DNA of 64,000 nt from Limnothrix sp. BL-A-16 (GCA_041937175.2 CP166615.1:4096001-4160000); one strand, 5' to 3'. Counted from the stretch's first letter, positions 1 through 11,802 are shown. Numbers and translations are program-made. Notes: generated from the letters alone by a model not told the origin.

Positions 1-301
1 TGTTCAATGGTTAGCCGATTGGCCGGCACTGTGGCCAAATGCCGATCGTCGTCAGGTCGTTTTGGAGCGATCGAGCCTGTGGAGCCAATGGATTTTGGAG
101 CGATCGGGCCTGTTGGACTAGGGGAATAGTCACCGAGCTGAACGATGGTTTTGAGCAATCGGCGGCCGGGTGTTCCGTGAGACTTCGTAAAGGTTCGTTG
201 CAATTTGGGCCAGCAAAACCTAAAAACTTGTCAACAAATCTAACCAAACTAAGGGGATCAACCTAGCGTAAGGGCAGAACGCCATTCCTGCGAGGTGCGT
301 T

Positions 302-2935
302 ATGACCGTTACCAACGATCGCGAACTCGAAGCCCTAATTGCGCGGGTCAAGGCCGCACAGCGCACCTATGCCACCTTCAGCCAAGAGCAGGTGGATTTG
401 ATCTTCAAAAAAGCAGCCCTGGCGGCCAACGCGGCCCGCATCCCCCTGGCCAAGCTGGCAGTAACCGAAACGAGAATGGGGACGATCGAGGACAAAGTGA
501 TCAAAAATCACTTCGCCTCAGAATTCATCTACAACAAATACAAAGCTGATAAAACCTGCGGGGTGATCGAAGAGGACAAGGCCTTTGGGATCCAGCGAAT
601 TGCCGAACCCGTGGGAATTTTGGCGGGAATTGTGCCCACCACGAATCCCACTTCGACGGCAATTTTTAAGGCCTTGATTGCTCTGAAAACCCGCAACGGG
701 ATTATCTTTTCGCCCCACCCTCGCGCCAAGGACTGCACGATCGAGGCGGCGCGGGTGATTTTGCAAGCGGCCGTGGAAGCCGGGGCCCCGCCGGACATCA
801 TCGGTTGGATTGATCAGCCCACCGTGCCCTTGTCGCAGCAGTTGATGCAGCACCCGGATGTGAATCTGATTTTGGCCACGGGCGGGCCGGGCATGGTGCG
901 CGCGGCCTACTCGTCGGGCCATCCCTCCTTGGGTGTGGGCGCGGGGAATACGCCGGCCCTGATTGACGAAACGGCGCACCTGAAAATGGCCGTGTCGTCG
1001 ATTATTCTCAGCAAAACCTTCGACAACGGCATGATTTGCGCCAGCGAGCAATCGGTGGTGGTGGTGGATGCGGTTTATGAGCAGGTGAAGCAGGAATTTC
1101 GCGATCGGGGGGCCTATTTCCTGAACCCCGAAGAGAAACTCCGGATGGGCGCGCAAATCCTGATTGATGGGCGCTTGAACCCGAATATTGTGGGTCAATC
1201 GGTGGAGCAGATCGCGGCGATGGCGGAGATTCAGCTACCGCCGGGGACGCGCCTGATCGTCGGGGAGGCCAGCGTGGTGGGGCCCGAGGAGCCGTTCTCC
1301 TACGAAAAGCTGTCGCCGGTGCTGGCCATGTATCGGGCGGCGGACTTTGCCCAGGCGGTGGAGCTGAGTGAATCTCTGGTGATGTTTGCCGGGCGGGGCC
1401 ACACGGCGGTGCTCTACACGTCGCCGGAGAACCGCGATCGGATCAAACGGTTTGAGGATCAGGTGCAAACGGCGCGGGTGCTGATCAACACGCCGTCGTC
1501 CCAAGGGGCGATCGGGGATATCTATAACTTCCGGCTGGATCCATCCCTCACCCTCGGTTGTGGCACTTGGGGCGGCAACTCCATTAGCGAGAACGTGGAA
1601 CCGCGCCACCTGCTGAACATCAAAACCGTGGCGGAACGGCGGGAAAATATGCTCTGGTTCCGAATTCCGCCGAAAATCTACTTCAAATACGGCTCGCTGC
1701 CGGTGGCGATTCGGGAGCTGACCGGGCGCGATCGGGCGTTCATCATCACCGACAAACCCCTTTACGATTTGGGGATCACGGCGGGTCTGGAAAGCGTCCT
1801 GGATGACATTGGCTTGCAGTACGACACCTTTTACGATGTGGAGCCGGATCCCTGCCTGGGAACGGTGAACCGGATTCTGGAACAGATGCGATCGTTCAAT
1901 CCGGACACGATCATCGCGATCGGGGGTGGCTCACCGATGGACGCGGCCAAGATCGCCTGGTTGCTGTACGAGCACCCCGAAATTGAGTTCGAGGGGCTGT
2001 CGATGCGGTTCATGGACATTCGCAAGCGGGTGTATGAGCTGCCGTCCTTGGGTGAGAAGGCGATTTTGGTGGCGATTCCCACCACTTCGGGCACGGGATC
2101 GGAGGTTACGCCCTTTGCGGTGGTGACGGATGAGCGCACGGGGATCAAGTATCCCTTGGCGGACTATGCCCTCACGCCGACCATGGCCATTTGCGATCCG
2201 CAGTTGGTGCTGGATATGCCCAAGTCTCTGACGGCTTTTGGGGGGGTTGATGCCCTGACCCACGCCCTGGAGTCCTACGTGTCCGTGTTGGCTTCGGAGT
2301 TCACGAACGGCGAGGCCCTGGAAGCGATTCGGCTGATCTTTAAATATCTGCCCTCGGCCTATGAGCATGGGGCGGCGGATCCGAAGGCGCGGGAAAAGAT
2401 GCACTATGCGGCAACGATGGCGGGGATGGCCTTTGCCAATGGCTTTTTGGGCATTTGCCACTCGATCGCCCACCAAATTGGCGGCACGTTCCACATTCCC
2501 CACGGCCTGGCCAATGCGCTGTTGATTTCCCATGTGATTCGCTACAACGCGACGGATGCGCCCTTTAAGCAGGCGGCGTTCCCGCAATACAAGTATCCGA
2601 ATGCGAAGTGGCGCTATGCCCGGATTGCGGACTATTTGAATTTGGGGGGCACAACGGAGGATGAGAAGATCGATCGACTGATTGGGGCGATCGAGGCGCT
2701 GAAGCAGCAGGTGGGGATTCCCCGATCGATCCGGGAAGCCACCTCGATCAGTGAGGCGGAGTTTTTGGCGAAGTTGGACGACGTGGCCGATCGCGCCTTT
2801 GACGATCAATGCACGGTGTCGAATCCCCGTTACCCGATGATCAGCGAGCTAAAAGCGCTGTTGTTGCGGGCCTATCACGGAGATTCGCCGCTGCTGTCGG
2901 CTCCGGAAGCGCCGGAACCGGTGACGACTCCCTAG
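302..2935 (+). CDS. adhE: Bifunctional acetaldehyde-CoA/alcohol dehydrogenase
   Basis: 877 aa. ALDH part has ATGGPGMV and FDNGMICASEQ, the linker has GCGTWGGNS, and the Fe-ADH part has GGGSPMDAAK, PTTSGTGSEVT and His iron ligands. Confidence 0.97.
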   Translation: MTVTNDRELEALIARVKAAQRTYATFSQEQVDLIFKKAALAANAARIPLAKLAVTETRMGTIEDKVIKNHFASEFIYNKYKADKTCGVIEEDKAFGIQRIAEPVGILAGIVPTTNPTSTAIFKALIALKTRNGIIFSPHPRAKDCTIEAARVILQAAVEAGAPPDIIGWIDQPTVPLSQQLMQHPDVNLILATGGPGMVRAAYSSGHPSLGVGAGNTPALIDETAHLKMAVSSIILSKTFDNGMICASEQSVVVVDAVYEQVKQEFRDRGAYFLNPEEKLRMGAQILIDGRLNPNIVGQSVEQIAAMAEIQLPPGTRLIVGEASVVGPEEPFSYEKLSPVLAMYRAADFAQAVELSESLVMFAGRGHTAVLYTSPENRDRIKRFEDQVQTARVLINTPSSQGAIGDIYNFRLDPSLTLGCGTWGGNSISENVEPRHLLNIKTVAERRENMLWFRIPPKIYFKYGSLPVAIRELTGRDRAFIITDKPLYDLGITAGLESVLDDIGLQYDTFYDVEPDPCLGTVNRILEQMRSFNPDTIIAIGGGSPMDAAKIAWLLYEHPEIEFEGLSMRFMDIRKRVYELPSLGEKAILVAIPTTSGTGSEVTPFAVVTDERTGIKYPLADYALTPTMAICDPQLVLDMPKSLTAFGGVDALTHALESYVSVLASEFTNGEALEAIRLIFKYLPSAYEHGAADPKAREKMHYAATMAGMAFANGFLGICHSIAHQIGGTFHIPHGLANALLISHVIRYNATDAPFKQAAFPQYKYPNAKWRYARIADYLNLGGTTEDEKIDRLIGAIEALKQQVGIPRSIREATSISEAEFLAKLDDVADRAFDDQCTVSNPRYPMISELKALLLRAYHGDSPLLSAPEAPEPVTTP

Positions 2936-4974
2936 GGCCTGGTTAAGCCGTCGCTCGCGAGTGGTTCGATCGGGGCTTGATCGTCCTGATCGGCCGCTTC
3001 AGTCGGTTTGGCGTGATCCAGACTTCGGCTGGCATTGGTTTTGTGATCAACCTTGGAATCAACGCTTTGATCGGTCTGCTGATCAGTGTGTTGTTCCTCC
3101 GCTGCGGCTAGATGGGCTGTTTGCAGTTGGGCTGGATCGGCGATCGCGAGTCGAACCGGTAACTTCAGCGTAAACGTCGTTCCCCAATTGCCCGATTCAC
3201 AATCGATCGTGCCGCCGTGCTTTTCCACAATCACTTGCTGGGCGATCGCCAGACCCATGCCCGAGCCTTTGCCCACGGGCTTGGTGGTGTAAAACAACTC
3301 AAAAATCCGCGATTGTTCACTGACGGGAATGCCCAAGCCGCTGTCGGTGATCGCCAGGCTGACCGAATCCGGGTCAAGGGTGCGGGTGGTGAGCTTCAGG
3401 GTCAGGGGCCGATCAGGCTGTTGGCGAAAAGCCTCATCTATCGCATCGATCGCGTTGGTCAGAATGTGCATGAGCACCTGATTGAGCTGACCCGCATAGC
3501 ACTCGATCGGGGGCACAGGCCCATAGTCCAACTGCACCACAATGGCAGGGCGGCGAGCTTGGGCACAAAGGCGCGATCCCAAAATGGTGAGCACGCTGTC
3601 CAGGCTTTGGGGCAGGTCGATCGCCTTCACCTCCGCCTCATCCAAACGGGCAAACAACCGCAACGACAGAACGATCGCCCGGATGCGTTCCGCGCCCGAT
3701 CGCATGGAAGCCATCAGTTGCGGCAAATCTTCCCGCACGAATTCCAAATCCAACTGTTCCACAAGCGATCGAATCTCTGGGCTGTGGGGGCCATGGCCCG
3801 CCTCATACAGCGTCAGCAACTCCAGCAGATGGCTCACCCCCTCCGTGACATGGATCAGGTTGCCGTAGATAAAACTGGTGGGGTTATTGATTTCGTGGGC
3901 CACCCCCGCCACCACCTGCCCCAGCAGCGACATTTTTTCCGTTTGGATCAGTTGCGCTTGGGTGCGGCGCAAATCCATCAGAGTTCTGTAGAGGGTGCGG
4001 GCTTGGGAGCTGGCCAAATCCGCCGCGTCCGCCAATTCCTGATTGCGCTCGGCCACCCGCTCAATCAGCGTGTCGAGGGCTTGGGCCAGGGATCCCACTT
4101 CGTCTTGGCTGGTGATGCCCACCCGTTGGCTGAAGTCGCCGGTTTCCGCCACCCCTTGGGCCACCGTGGCCGCCCGCACCAGGGGATTGACGATCGCCCG
4201 AGTGACCCGCATCGCAATCACCCCCGCCACCGCCGCCGACAGCAACAGGCTCAGGATCACAATGCCCTTTTCCAGGCCTTGGGCCTCTTCGAGCAAAACT
4301 TCCGCCTGCTCCGCCTGGCCATGGGCCATGATCACCAGCCGGGCCAGGTTGCGATCGGCCCCGGCCAGCGCTTTCCACTCCAGGGCCTCCGCTGCCTCTT
4401 TGGCTTCCTTCTGGGCGGCCGATTGGTTGGCCGCGTCCGCCTGCTGCATCAGCATTTGCTGATTGGCATATTCCTGAAGATCCGCCACGCTTTGATTGGC
4501 CAAGTGCAACAGGCGATCGGGGCGATCGGCCAGCCATTGGGGATTTTGCTTGAGATAGGCGGTTAGCTCGTTGGCTAAGTCGCGGGCTTCCTGGATCGCC
4601 CCGATCGCGTCCTGTTGGAACAGTTGCCGTTGTGCGGCGGGAATTTCATCATCCCCCGCTTCATCAATGGCGAGACGAGCCGCCTGCAAGTTGCTGCGTA
4701 AGTCACTCAGGAGCTGAACTTGTGTGGTTGCGTCGTGCAGTTGGGCCACCCCGCGCCCTTGGAAATGGTCTGCCAGGGCGATGCCCGCCAAGGAGCCAAC
4801 GGCCCCCGTGGCGATCGCCAAAATATAGCCCAACGCGATCTTTTGGCTGAAGTGCCAATTGCTGATGCGTCGTTGCCAATGGCTGAGCCAGCGCGATCGC
4901 CCCTTGATCTTTACTTTCATCGTGGAGTGGGACATCGCTGCCGTCGAGTGAGGAGAGGGCAGTGGAAAATTCAT
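2932..4974 (-). CDS. Membrane sensor histidine kinase (HAMP-HisKA-HATPase)
   Basis: Two TM segments, HAMP (DEVGSLAQAL), H-box VAGVAHEINNP, N-box QVLMHILTNAIDA, G-box TTKPVGKGSGMGL. The true start may be a downstream Met near 4935 or 4920. The stop overlaps the adhE stop (convergent genes). Confidence 0.92.
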   Translation of the reverse strand: MNFPLPSPHSTAAMSHSTMKVKIKGRSRWLSHWQRRISNWHFSQKIALGYILAIATGAVGSLAGIALADHFQGRGVAQLHDATTQVQLLSDLRSNLQAARLAIDEAGDDEIPAAQRQLFQQDAIGAIQEARDLANELTAYLKQNPQWLADRPDRLLHLANQSVADLQEYANQQMLMQQADAANQSAAQKEAKEAAEALEWKALAGADRNLARLVIMAHGQAEQAEVLLEEAQGLEKGIVILSLLLSAAVAGVIAMRVTRAIVNPLVRAATVAQGVAETGDFSQRVGITSQDEVGSLAQALDTLIERVAERNQELADAADLASSQARTLYRTLMDLRRTQAQLIQTEKMSLLGQVVAGVAHEINNPTSFIYGNLIHVTEGVSHLLELLTLYEAGHGPHSPEIRSLVEQLDLEFVREDLPQLMASMRSGAERIRAIVLSLRLFARLDEAEVKAIDLPQSLDSVLTILGSRLCAQARRPAIVVQLDYGPVPPIECYAGQLNQVLMHILTNAIDAIDEAFRQQPDRPLTLKLTTRTLDPDSVSLAITDSGLGIPVSEQSRIFELFYTTKPVGKGSGMGLAIAQQVIVEKHGGTIDCESGNWGTTFTLKLPVRLAIADPAQLQTAHLAAAEEQHTDQQTDQSVDSKVDHKTNASRSLDHAKPTEAADQDDQAPIEPLASDGLTRP

Positions 4975-5597
4975 TGATTGCGAATTTTAGGGCAGCTCAA
5001 GCCGCAACAGCCCCAAGCCGTGGGCTGACTATGTTTGGTTGTAACCTCAATGGATTGATGCAAACCCTGAAAAATGGATAAATTTAACGATTCATGAGGG
5101 ATGAAACGTGAATTCACTATCTTTTTTGTGTAATTTCAGAAGGCTAAGGCCACCGTCAAAGTCGATCCCAATCTATCAGGTGCTTTCTTGAAATGGCATT
5201 AAGAAATGCAATCAAGAATCAACAATATAATCCGTGAGTTAATTGTCTGAGCGAGTGCGCTCAATGACTTGATCAGTATCCAAATATCCGTATTTGAGTG
5301 CCTTAAAAGTCGCAAAAATTACCAGATCTTGCCCCCAAAAACCGCAGCTCTGATGACGCTGAGTGGACCCTGGCCACCGCAACTGAAATGTTTCGACTCG
5401 ATCGCCCAGTTCCCTGACCGATTCCCGGGGTTTATGTCGCTGGGTGGAGTCTGTGACCTGAGCCAAAACGCTTCCCCCAATACTTCGGTTCGGGTTCGGT
5501 GGCCCCACCCCCCCGCGTCTCGGTCGGTAGGCAGTAGGATTAAAAGTGATTTTGTAATCGATGCAACACAACCTTGAAGCTTTCAGGCCGCCCAACC

Positions 5598-6449
5598 GTG
5601 CTAAACGCTCTCATTGCTGACTTTCGCATCATCTTCGATCGGGACCCCGCCGCCCGCAATTGGCTAGAGGTGCTTTTTTGCTATCCGGGGTTGCAAGCGC
5701 TGATGCTCCATCGGCTGGCCCATTGGCTGCAACATCGCCAGTTACCCTTTGTCCCTCGGCTGATTTCCCACATTGGACGACTGTTGACCGGGATTGAAAT
5801 TCACCCGGGCGCAACGATCGGGCAAGGCGTGTTTATCGATCACGGCATGGGCGTTGTGATTGGTGAAACGGCGATTGTGGGCGACTATTGCTTGATTTAC
5901 CAGGGGGTGACCCTGGGGGGCACGGGCAAGGAAAGCGGCAAGCGCCACCCCACCTTGGGTGACAACGTGGTGGTGGGGGCCGGGGCCAAGGTGCTCGGCA
6001 ATTTGAATATTGGCGAAAATGTGCGAATTGGGGCTGGTTCCGTGGTTTTGCGGGATGTGCCGGCCGATTGCACGGTGGTGGGCGTGCCCGGCCGGGTGGT
6101 CTATCGATCGGGCGTGCGGGTGGATCCGCTGGAGCATGGTAAGCTGCCGGACTCGGAAGCTCAGGCCATTCGGGCCCTGCTCGATCGCATCGAAACCCTG
6201 GAGCGACGGATTGAGGAGATGGAAGCGGAACGGGCCCAAGTGCCGGTGGCCGTGGGTGCGACGGAGCGCCCCTGCGAAGACTTGACCCTCTGCGATTGGG
6301 AACGGATCGCCAAGGTGGCCGCGGAGGTGACGGCGGCCCAGCGCCAACTGAGCCAACTCAATCTTTTGAATGGTGATGACCCAGCAGGAAAGCGCTGCCG
6401 GTTGAGCGATCGGGCCTTGGAAGAGTTCTTTGATGGGGCCGGGATTTAG
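5598..6449 (+). CDS. cysE: Serine O-acetyltransferase
   Basis: [32 protein letters not shown] and hexapeptide repeats, with a C-terminal ...DGAGI tail. GTG at 5598 is preferred over TTG at 5574. Confidence 0.95.
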   Translation: MLNALIADFRIIFDRDPAARNWLEVLFCYPGLQALMLHRLAHWLQHRQLPFVPRLISHIGRLLTGIEIHPGATIGQGVFIDHGMGVVIGETAIVGDYCLIYQGVTLGGTGKESGKRHPTLGDNVVVGAGAKVLGNLNIGENVRIGAGSVVLRDVPADCTVVGVPGRVVYRSGVRVDPLEHGKLPDSEAQAIRALLDRIETLERRIEEMEAERAQVPVAVGATERPCEDLTLCDWERIAKVAAEVTAAQRQLSQLNLLNGDDPAGKRCRLSDRALEEFFDGAGI

Positions 6450-6454
6450 GACGA

Positions 6455-6490
6455 GTGATCGGTCTGGTGATCGGTCTGGTGATCAGTCTG
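6455..6490. repeat. 12-bp tandem repeat GTGATCGGTCTG x3 between convergent genes
   Basis: Read directly; the third copy has one mismatch. Confidence 0.85.
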
Positions 6491-6511
6491 GCCCCCGGCC
6501 TAATGCCATGC

Positions 6512-9500
6512 TTAGGGGGTTTGGTTCGGCGGCGGGGTCAGCAGGGGAAGTTCGATCGTGAAGCAACTGCCCACCCCCACTTCGCTCACCACATCCACAC
6601 AGCCCTGGTGTAGTTCCACAATTTGCTTCACCAGCGCCAAGCCCAACCCCGTGCCGTCATATTGGCGATTCAGGGCCCCGTCCACTTGGATGAAGGGCTG
6701 AAAGAGCTTGGGTAAATTTTCGGCGGCGATGCCAATTCCGGTGTCAGCCACCGCAATGCGCACGAAGGCCGTGGGTTGGGTGGTGGGCATTGTCGGGGCT
6801 GGGGGCTGGGTTGCCAGGCCGTAGAGATTCATTTTGGGCAAAAAGCGCGATCGCACGAATTCCGATTCTGTCGTTAAGGATTCGCGGGTCACGGCGATCG
6901 AAAGGGTAATTTTGCCCCCTTCCGGCGTGAACTTCACCGCATTGCTCAGCAAATTAATCAATACCTGGCGCAGTCGTCGTTCATCGACCCAGAGATTTGG
7001 CAAATTTTCAGGGCTGTTGAGGTTCAGTTCAATGCGTTTTTTCGTGGCCTGCTGTTGAATGAACACCAGGCTCGATCGACACATGGGCACTAGGTCAGTA
7101 ATGGACCAATCCAACTCCATTTGGCCAGACTCAATCTTGGCCATGTCCAAAATGTCGTTAATGAGCGCCAGCAGGTGTGTGCCGCTCTGGTCGATCGTCC
7201 TGAGCGCATAGTCCTGTTGGGGCGTAATGGGCCCAAAAATTTCCTCTTGCAAGCTTTCAGTCATCCCCAAAATGGCATTGAGGGGCGTTCGCAATTCGTG
7301 GCTCATGTTGGCCATGAACTCGTCTTTTAAGCGTGTTGCTCGCAACAGTTGCTGATTGGTTCGCTGCAACTGTAATTCTGCCGCTTGGCGATCGGTAATG
7401 TCTTGATAAATGCCCAAAACCCCAATCACCGTTCCCGACGAATCCCGGAGGGGAACCTTGTTGGTTTCAATTTGGATCATGGAGCCGTCCAGTTGCTTTT
7501 GGGACTCAATGAGATGTAGTTTGGCCATGCCAGACTCAATCACTTCCCGATCGTCCGCTCGGTATAGCTCAGCTTCGCTAACTCCCCAGGGTAAGTCATA
7601 ATCAGTCTTACCCACGATCGCCTCCGGTGAAGATAAACCCGCCGAAACTGCGAAGTTTTGGTTGCAACCCAAATACACTGAATTGCAATCTTTCCAAAAC
7701 ACAAAGAGCGGAAACGTATTCAAAACCGTTTGCAAAAATTGCTGCGATTCCTGAAGTGCTTTGCGGGTTTGTTTGCCCTCAGTCACATTGCGGAACATGC
7801 TGCGAATGGCGATCGGCTTTCCCCCTTGAAAATCGCAGTTGGCATTTCCTTCCAATAAAATTTCTTGACCATCTTTGCTGAGAAAGCGAGTTTCAATATC
7901 CAAAAAAGCTTCACCCATGCAAAGGCGCTCTAGATACTGGCGATAGTTCTCTAGATCCGCAGGATGGACAACCTGAAAGATGGATAGATCGTTTAAATCG
8001 TCATCGCCATAGCCCAAGGTTTCTTTCCAAACCCGATTGACCAATAAAATTCGCCCTTGGGGATCAATTCGTTGAATTAAATCCGTTGCATTATCAAATA
8101 AATCCCTCAGTTGTGCTTCCTGAGCCTGAAGTTCCAAAGTGCGTTGCAACACCCGCGCTTCCAAATCTTGGTTCAGTTGCTCCAAGGCATCGTTGGCCTG
8201 TTTGCGCTGAAGTTCGGCTCCGGCTCGGGAGGCCAACACTCGCAAAAGGGCCATGGCTTGTTGGCGTTTTTCTTCAAAAAAGGGCTGTTGGTCTAGAATG
8301 CAAAGACTGCCGATCGCCCGTCCTTGATCATCCTGTAAGGCAACGCCCAGCAGCCCATTAACTGCCCCAGGAAAGAGGGAACGGGAAATGGAAAAACAGG
8401 ATTGTCCGTCGGTTTCACAATAGAGTTCACCATGCTCCAAGATGTGGGAACATGGCGTATTTTCTAAGTCCAACTCAAAATGCTTGCCCAGTTGACCATC
8501 AACCCAAGCACCGAGGGTTTGTAAGCGATCGTCCCGTAATTCTGTGGCCACCACATAATCCACATTCAGGGCTTCCGCAATATGCCGCACTAAGTTGGGG
8601 AAAAACTGTGCTCCGGTCACCGTGGCCGTGCCTTCAATCACTTGATGCAAGGCTCGCTCGGCCTGTTCGCGGGCCATTTCTGCTAAGTGTTGCTCGGTGA
8701 CATCTTGCACTGTTCCTTGGGAATAAAGGGGCTTGCCATCTTCGCCATAGGTTGTTTCACATTGCTCATGGACATACTTAATCCGCCCATCTGCCAACAG
8801 CAATCGATGGATAACGGAATAGGGTTCATGGTTGACTAAATGGCGCTCATAGGCTCGATCGACCATTTCCCGATCGTCCGGATGAACGCTGGCCATGAAG
8901 GCTTCATAGGATGCACCAAATTGCTGGGCATCCACTTCAAAAATCTCAAAAACTTGATCGGACCAATAGAGCGCGTTGCTTTGTAAATCGATTTGCCAAT
9001 TGCCGAGTTTGGCAATCCGTTGGGACTCTTGCAGGCGATCGCTCAGTTGGCGCAGGTTCTGTTCGGCGGCCTTGCGATCGCTAATATCCGTGACGAACCC
9101 TTCTAAAAACAGTAATTTCCCTTCATCGGAATAAACACCGCTACCCCGCTCCCAAACCCACTTTTCTTGAGCAAATTTGGTGAGAATGCGATATTCACAC
9201 TCATAGGGTTCCTGGTTTTGAATGGCGGCTTGGACAATGGCCCACACCCGATCGGCATCTTCGGGGTGAATTTCTTGACCGCAACTGGTGGTGCGATCGA
9301 CTAAATATTCACGAACTTCATAGCCCGTAACGGCCGTTACCCCATCGCTAACAAAAAGCGCGGAGTATTCAGGATTATTCGCCACTCGATAAACATAGCC
9401 GGGCAAATTGGCCACCAGGGTCGAAAGACTTTTTTCCTGTTCTGCTAAGGCCAGTTCCACCTGTTTACGAGCCGTAATATCAACCCCTACGCCCAAGACT

Positions 9501-11092
9501 CCATATTCACCCTTGGCGGGCAGAAAAATCGGCGACTTGTGCCATTGCAGCCATTGAATAGCTGGATTCGTTCCAAATTGATCATCAACTGGGGCGTTGC
9601 AGGAATCCATCCCAGAAGAACCAACCGCCCCCGATAAAGTGATTTCCAATGCAGTTTCTAAGGCGTTGGTTGCTAAGTCAGTCTCTGGGGAAGCATCGAG
9701 GAGGGCAGCGTCCTGCTCCACTGAGGCGATCGAGTCCGACTGAGTAATGGTGCGCCGAATCACCATTTCTTCAGGTAAGAAGAGTTCCTGGCGATTTTCA
9801 ATGACGAAGCGATTTTCGCTCAAAAACCGAGCATTGGCTTCCGATGGCCCTAGTAGTTCTTCGTCAGTTTTATTCAGCAGTTCATCAACGGTGGTTCCGT
9901 AATAGTCCGCCATGGCTTGATTGGCGAGCACATATCGACCCTCCCAATCTTTCACGAAAATCAAATTGGGATTATTGTCAATAACAGATCGTAAAAAGAC
10001 CTGTTGGCGATTAATAAAATCGCGACTGAGACGGAGAGAAATTTTAGATTTAATGCGTTCTTGGTTTTCGCGATGTAACTCCCCGATCGCCTCCTGAAGC
10101 TGGTTGGTTCGCGATTGAATAATGCTATTTAAGCTGTTTTGAACGCTGTGAATGGAAGACTGTACTTCCTTCAGAAAATGCACATTCTTCAGCACGCCCA
10201 CCCGAATGGCTTGGCAACCATCATCGATGAACGTTTCCGAGAGCAACATGCTGAGAGCTGGTCGATCGGGCTGTTGGATGGCTAATTCCACATCCCGGCG
10301 GTGGGAGGGTTGCTGAAGATCAGCGGCGATCGGGGCCTGTTGTTGCACCCAACGGGTCAAAGCGGGTTGACCAAGGGTCGTGATGGGTTGCCCTTGCAGG
10401 TTTTGCTGCTCGATCGCGCAAATCGCCTTCAACGCGTCATTGGTAAACAGTAATTGCCCACCGGCATCGGCCACATACACACCATCGGGCAAACTTTGAA
10501 CCGTATGATTCAGCCACTGTAATTGGCGTTGTTGCTGATAGGTTTGCCAGCTTTTTTGCACAGTAATGGGCAATAGCTTGAGATAGGCTCCGGCTTCGTC
10601 TTTAACCACATAATCGGCCGCGCCCCGTTGCACCAGCGCCAGGGCCAAATCGGCCGCATCCGCCGAAACCATCACCAGCCAAAGAACCGCCTGGGCTTCC
10701 ATGAGCTGCAAGAGTTCCCGAAAGCTGGGTGCGGCTGGGTCGAGGAGGTTGGGTTGATCCTGCGCGATCGGGGTTACGGGGCGATCGCTGGGCTGGTTGC
10801 TGCGATCGGAACAGTCTTCAGGCTTGTTGGCGGGACAGCTTTCAGCCCCTGCCGCCGGTTCCAAGACCGCCTCGATCTCAGGAATCGCACAGCCATTGAG
10901 CAGCACCATCTCCACCGGTTGCCGACGCAAATGGGCGATCGCCGCCTGCATGGAAGCCACCACATGCCCTTCACCCAGCCAGGGCCAGCGCTGAAAACAG
11001 TCGGCAAATCTCAACTGATCTGTTTCGTCCGGTTCCAAGACCAGTAATTGGCCCAAAAAGGGTGATGCATTAGCCGCAGCAACGTTGGTCAT
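6512..11092 (-). CDS. Large cytoplasmic multi-PAS/GAF sensor histidine kinase with N-terminal degenerate receiver domain
   Basis: 1526 aa. GAADYVVKD receiver signature, several PAS/PAC motifs (IHPED, VHPDD, VHPAD), a GAF-like segment, H-box FMANMSHELRTPLNAI, NLLSNAVKFT, GTGLGL. Confidence 0.92.
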   Translation of the reverse strand: MTNVAAANASPFLGQLLVLEPDETDQLRFADCFQRWPWLGEGHVVASMQAAIAHLRRQPVEMVLLNGCAIPEIEAVLEPAAGAESCPANKPEDCSDRSNQPSDRPVTPIAQDQPNLLDPAAPSFRELLQLMEAQAVLWLVMVSADAADLALALVQRGAADYVVKDEAGAYLKLLPITVQKSWQTYQQQRQLQWLNHTVQSLPDGVYVADAGGQLLFTNDALKAICAIEQQNLQGQPITTLGQPALTRWVQQQAPIAADLQQPSHRRDVELAIQQPDRPALSMLLSETFIDDGCQAIRVGVLKNVHFLKEVQSSIHSVQNSLNSIIQSRTNQLQEAIGELHRENQERIKSKISLRLSRDFINRQQVFLRSVIDNNPNLIFVKDWEGRYVLANQAMADYYGTTVDELLNKTDEELLGPSEANARFLSENRFVIENRQELFLPEEMVIRRTITQSDSIASVEQDAALLDASPETDLATNALETALEITLSGAVGSSGMDSCNAPVDDQFGTNPAIQWLQWHKSPIFLPAKGEYGVLGVGVDITARKQVELALAEQEKSLSTLVANLPGYVYRVANNPEYSALFVSDGVTAVTGYEVREYLVDRTTSCGQEIHPEDADRVWAIVQAAIQNQEPYECEYRILTKFAQEKWVWERGSGVYSDEGKLLFLEGFVTDISDRKAAEQNLRQLSDRLQESQRIAKLGNWQIDLQSNALYWSDQVFEIFEVDAQQFGASYEAFMASVHPDDREMVDRAYERHLVNHEPYSVIHRLLLADGRIKYVHEQCETTYGEDGKPLYSQGTVQDVTEQHLAEMAREQAERALHQVIEGTATVTGAQFFPNLVRHIAEALNVDYVVATELRDDRLQTLGAWVDGQLGKHFELDLENTPCSHILEHGELYCETDGQSCFSISRSLFPGAVNGLLGVALQDDQGRAIGSLCILDQQPFFEEKRQQAMALLRVLASRAGAELQRKQANDALEQLNQDLEARVLQRTLELQAQEAQLRDLFDNATDLIQRIDPQGRILLVNRVWKETLGYGDDDLNDLSIFQVVHPADLENYRQYLERLCMGEAFLDIETRFLSKDGQEILLEGNANCDFQGGKPIAIRSMFRNVTEGKQTRKALQESQQFLQTVLNTFPLFVFWKDCNSVYLGCNQNFAVSAGLSSPEAIVGKTDYDLPWGVSEAELYRADDREVIESGMAKLHLIESQKQLDGSMIQIETNKVPLRDSSGTVIGVLGIYQDITDRQAAELQLQRTNQQLLRATRLKDEFMANMSHELRTPLNAILGMTESLQEEIFGPITPQQDYALRTIDQSGTHLLALINDILDMAKIESGQMELDWSITDLVPMCRSSLVFIQQQATKKRIELNLNSPENLPNLWVDERRLRQVLINLLSNAVKFTPEGGKITLSIAVTRESLTTESEFVRSRFLPKMNLYGLATQPPAPTMPTTQPTAFVRIAVADTGIGIAAENLPKLFQPFIQVDGALNRQYDGTGLGLALVKQIVELHQGCVDVVSEVGVGSCFTIELPLLTPPPNQTP

Positions 11093-11802
11093 TGGATGTA
11101 AAGAACGTGGGGATCGATTCCCTTAAACACTGAATCACCATCGGCTGAGAGTTGATCCAGAACCCAGAATGCCAATTTGCAAGATACCTAAAAGGATTTG
11201 AACATCAGGTTTGGATAATGACTGAGAACCATGGCTGGATCATCACAAAGTGATCAAAATTTGCTCCATGAGCGTTTGGCTGATTCTTCAGTCTTGACTG
11301 ATCTGGCTAGCTGGGCGGTCTGTTGATCGAGGATGCTAAATTTTTCAATCAACAGAATTTTCTCACATTTTGAACAAATTAGATCTATGTTTTAGATCTA
11401 ATTTAAGATTGGTTTAAATCTGCTTAAATTCAACCCAAAACTCTGTTCAAATCTTGATTTCAGCCCTGACCTTAATGCTTGAAGCCTTTTAGAAACCTTC
11501 CTTTGTGAACCGCAATTGCTCTGAAAATTCTGCTCCGTTTTCAAAAATTAACCATGGTGATTGAGCAATCGTTGGAAATCCTTGAGCTGGTGGGGTTGAT
11601 AATTCTATTTAAGCACTCCCTGCGATTCTCCTAAAGTATTCCAAGGGGCGAAAGCGATCAAATTCAATCAAGAAGGATTTGGGTATAAACTATCACCAGA
11701 GTATGAATTGAATCATTGACTACTGATCATCATTAATACTTAATTCCATCATTGGTTGCTGACAATGTTGCTGGCCGTTGAAGCCGGCCGCCGAAGTTGA
11801 CC

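Noticed and set aside
58..118. 33-bp-period repeat upstream of adhE
   Set aside because: Two degenerate HIP1-like copies only; no evidence of function.
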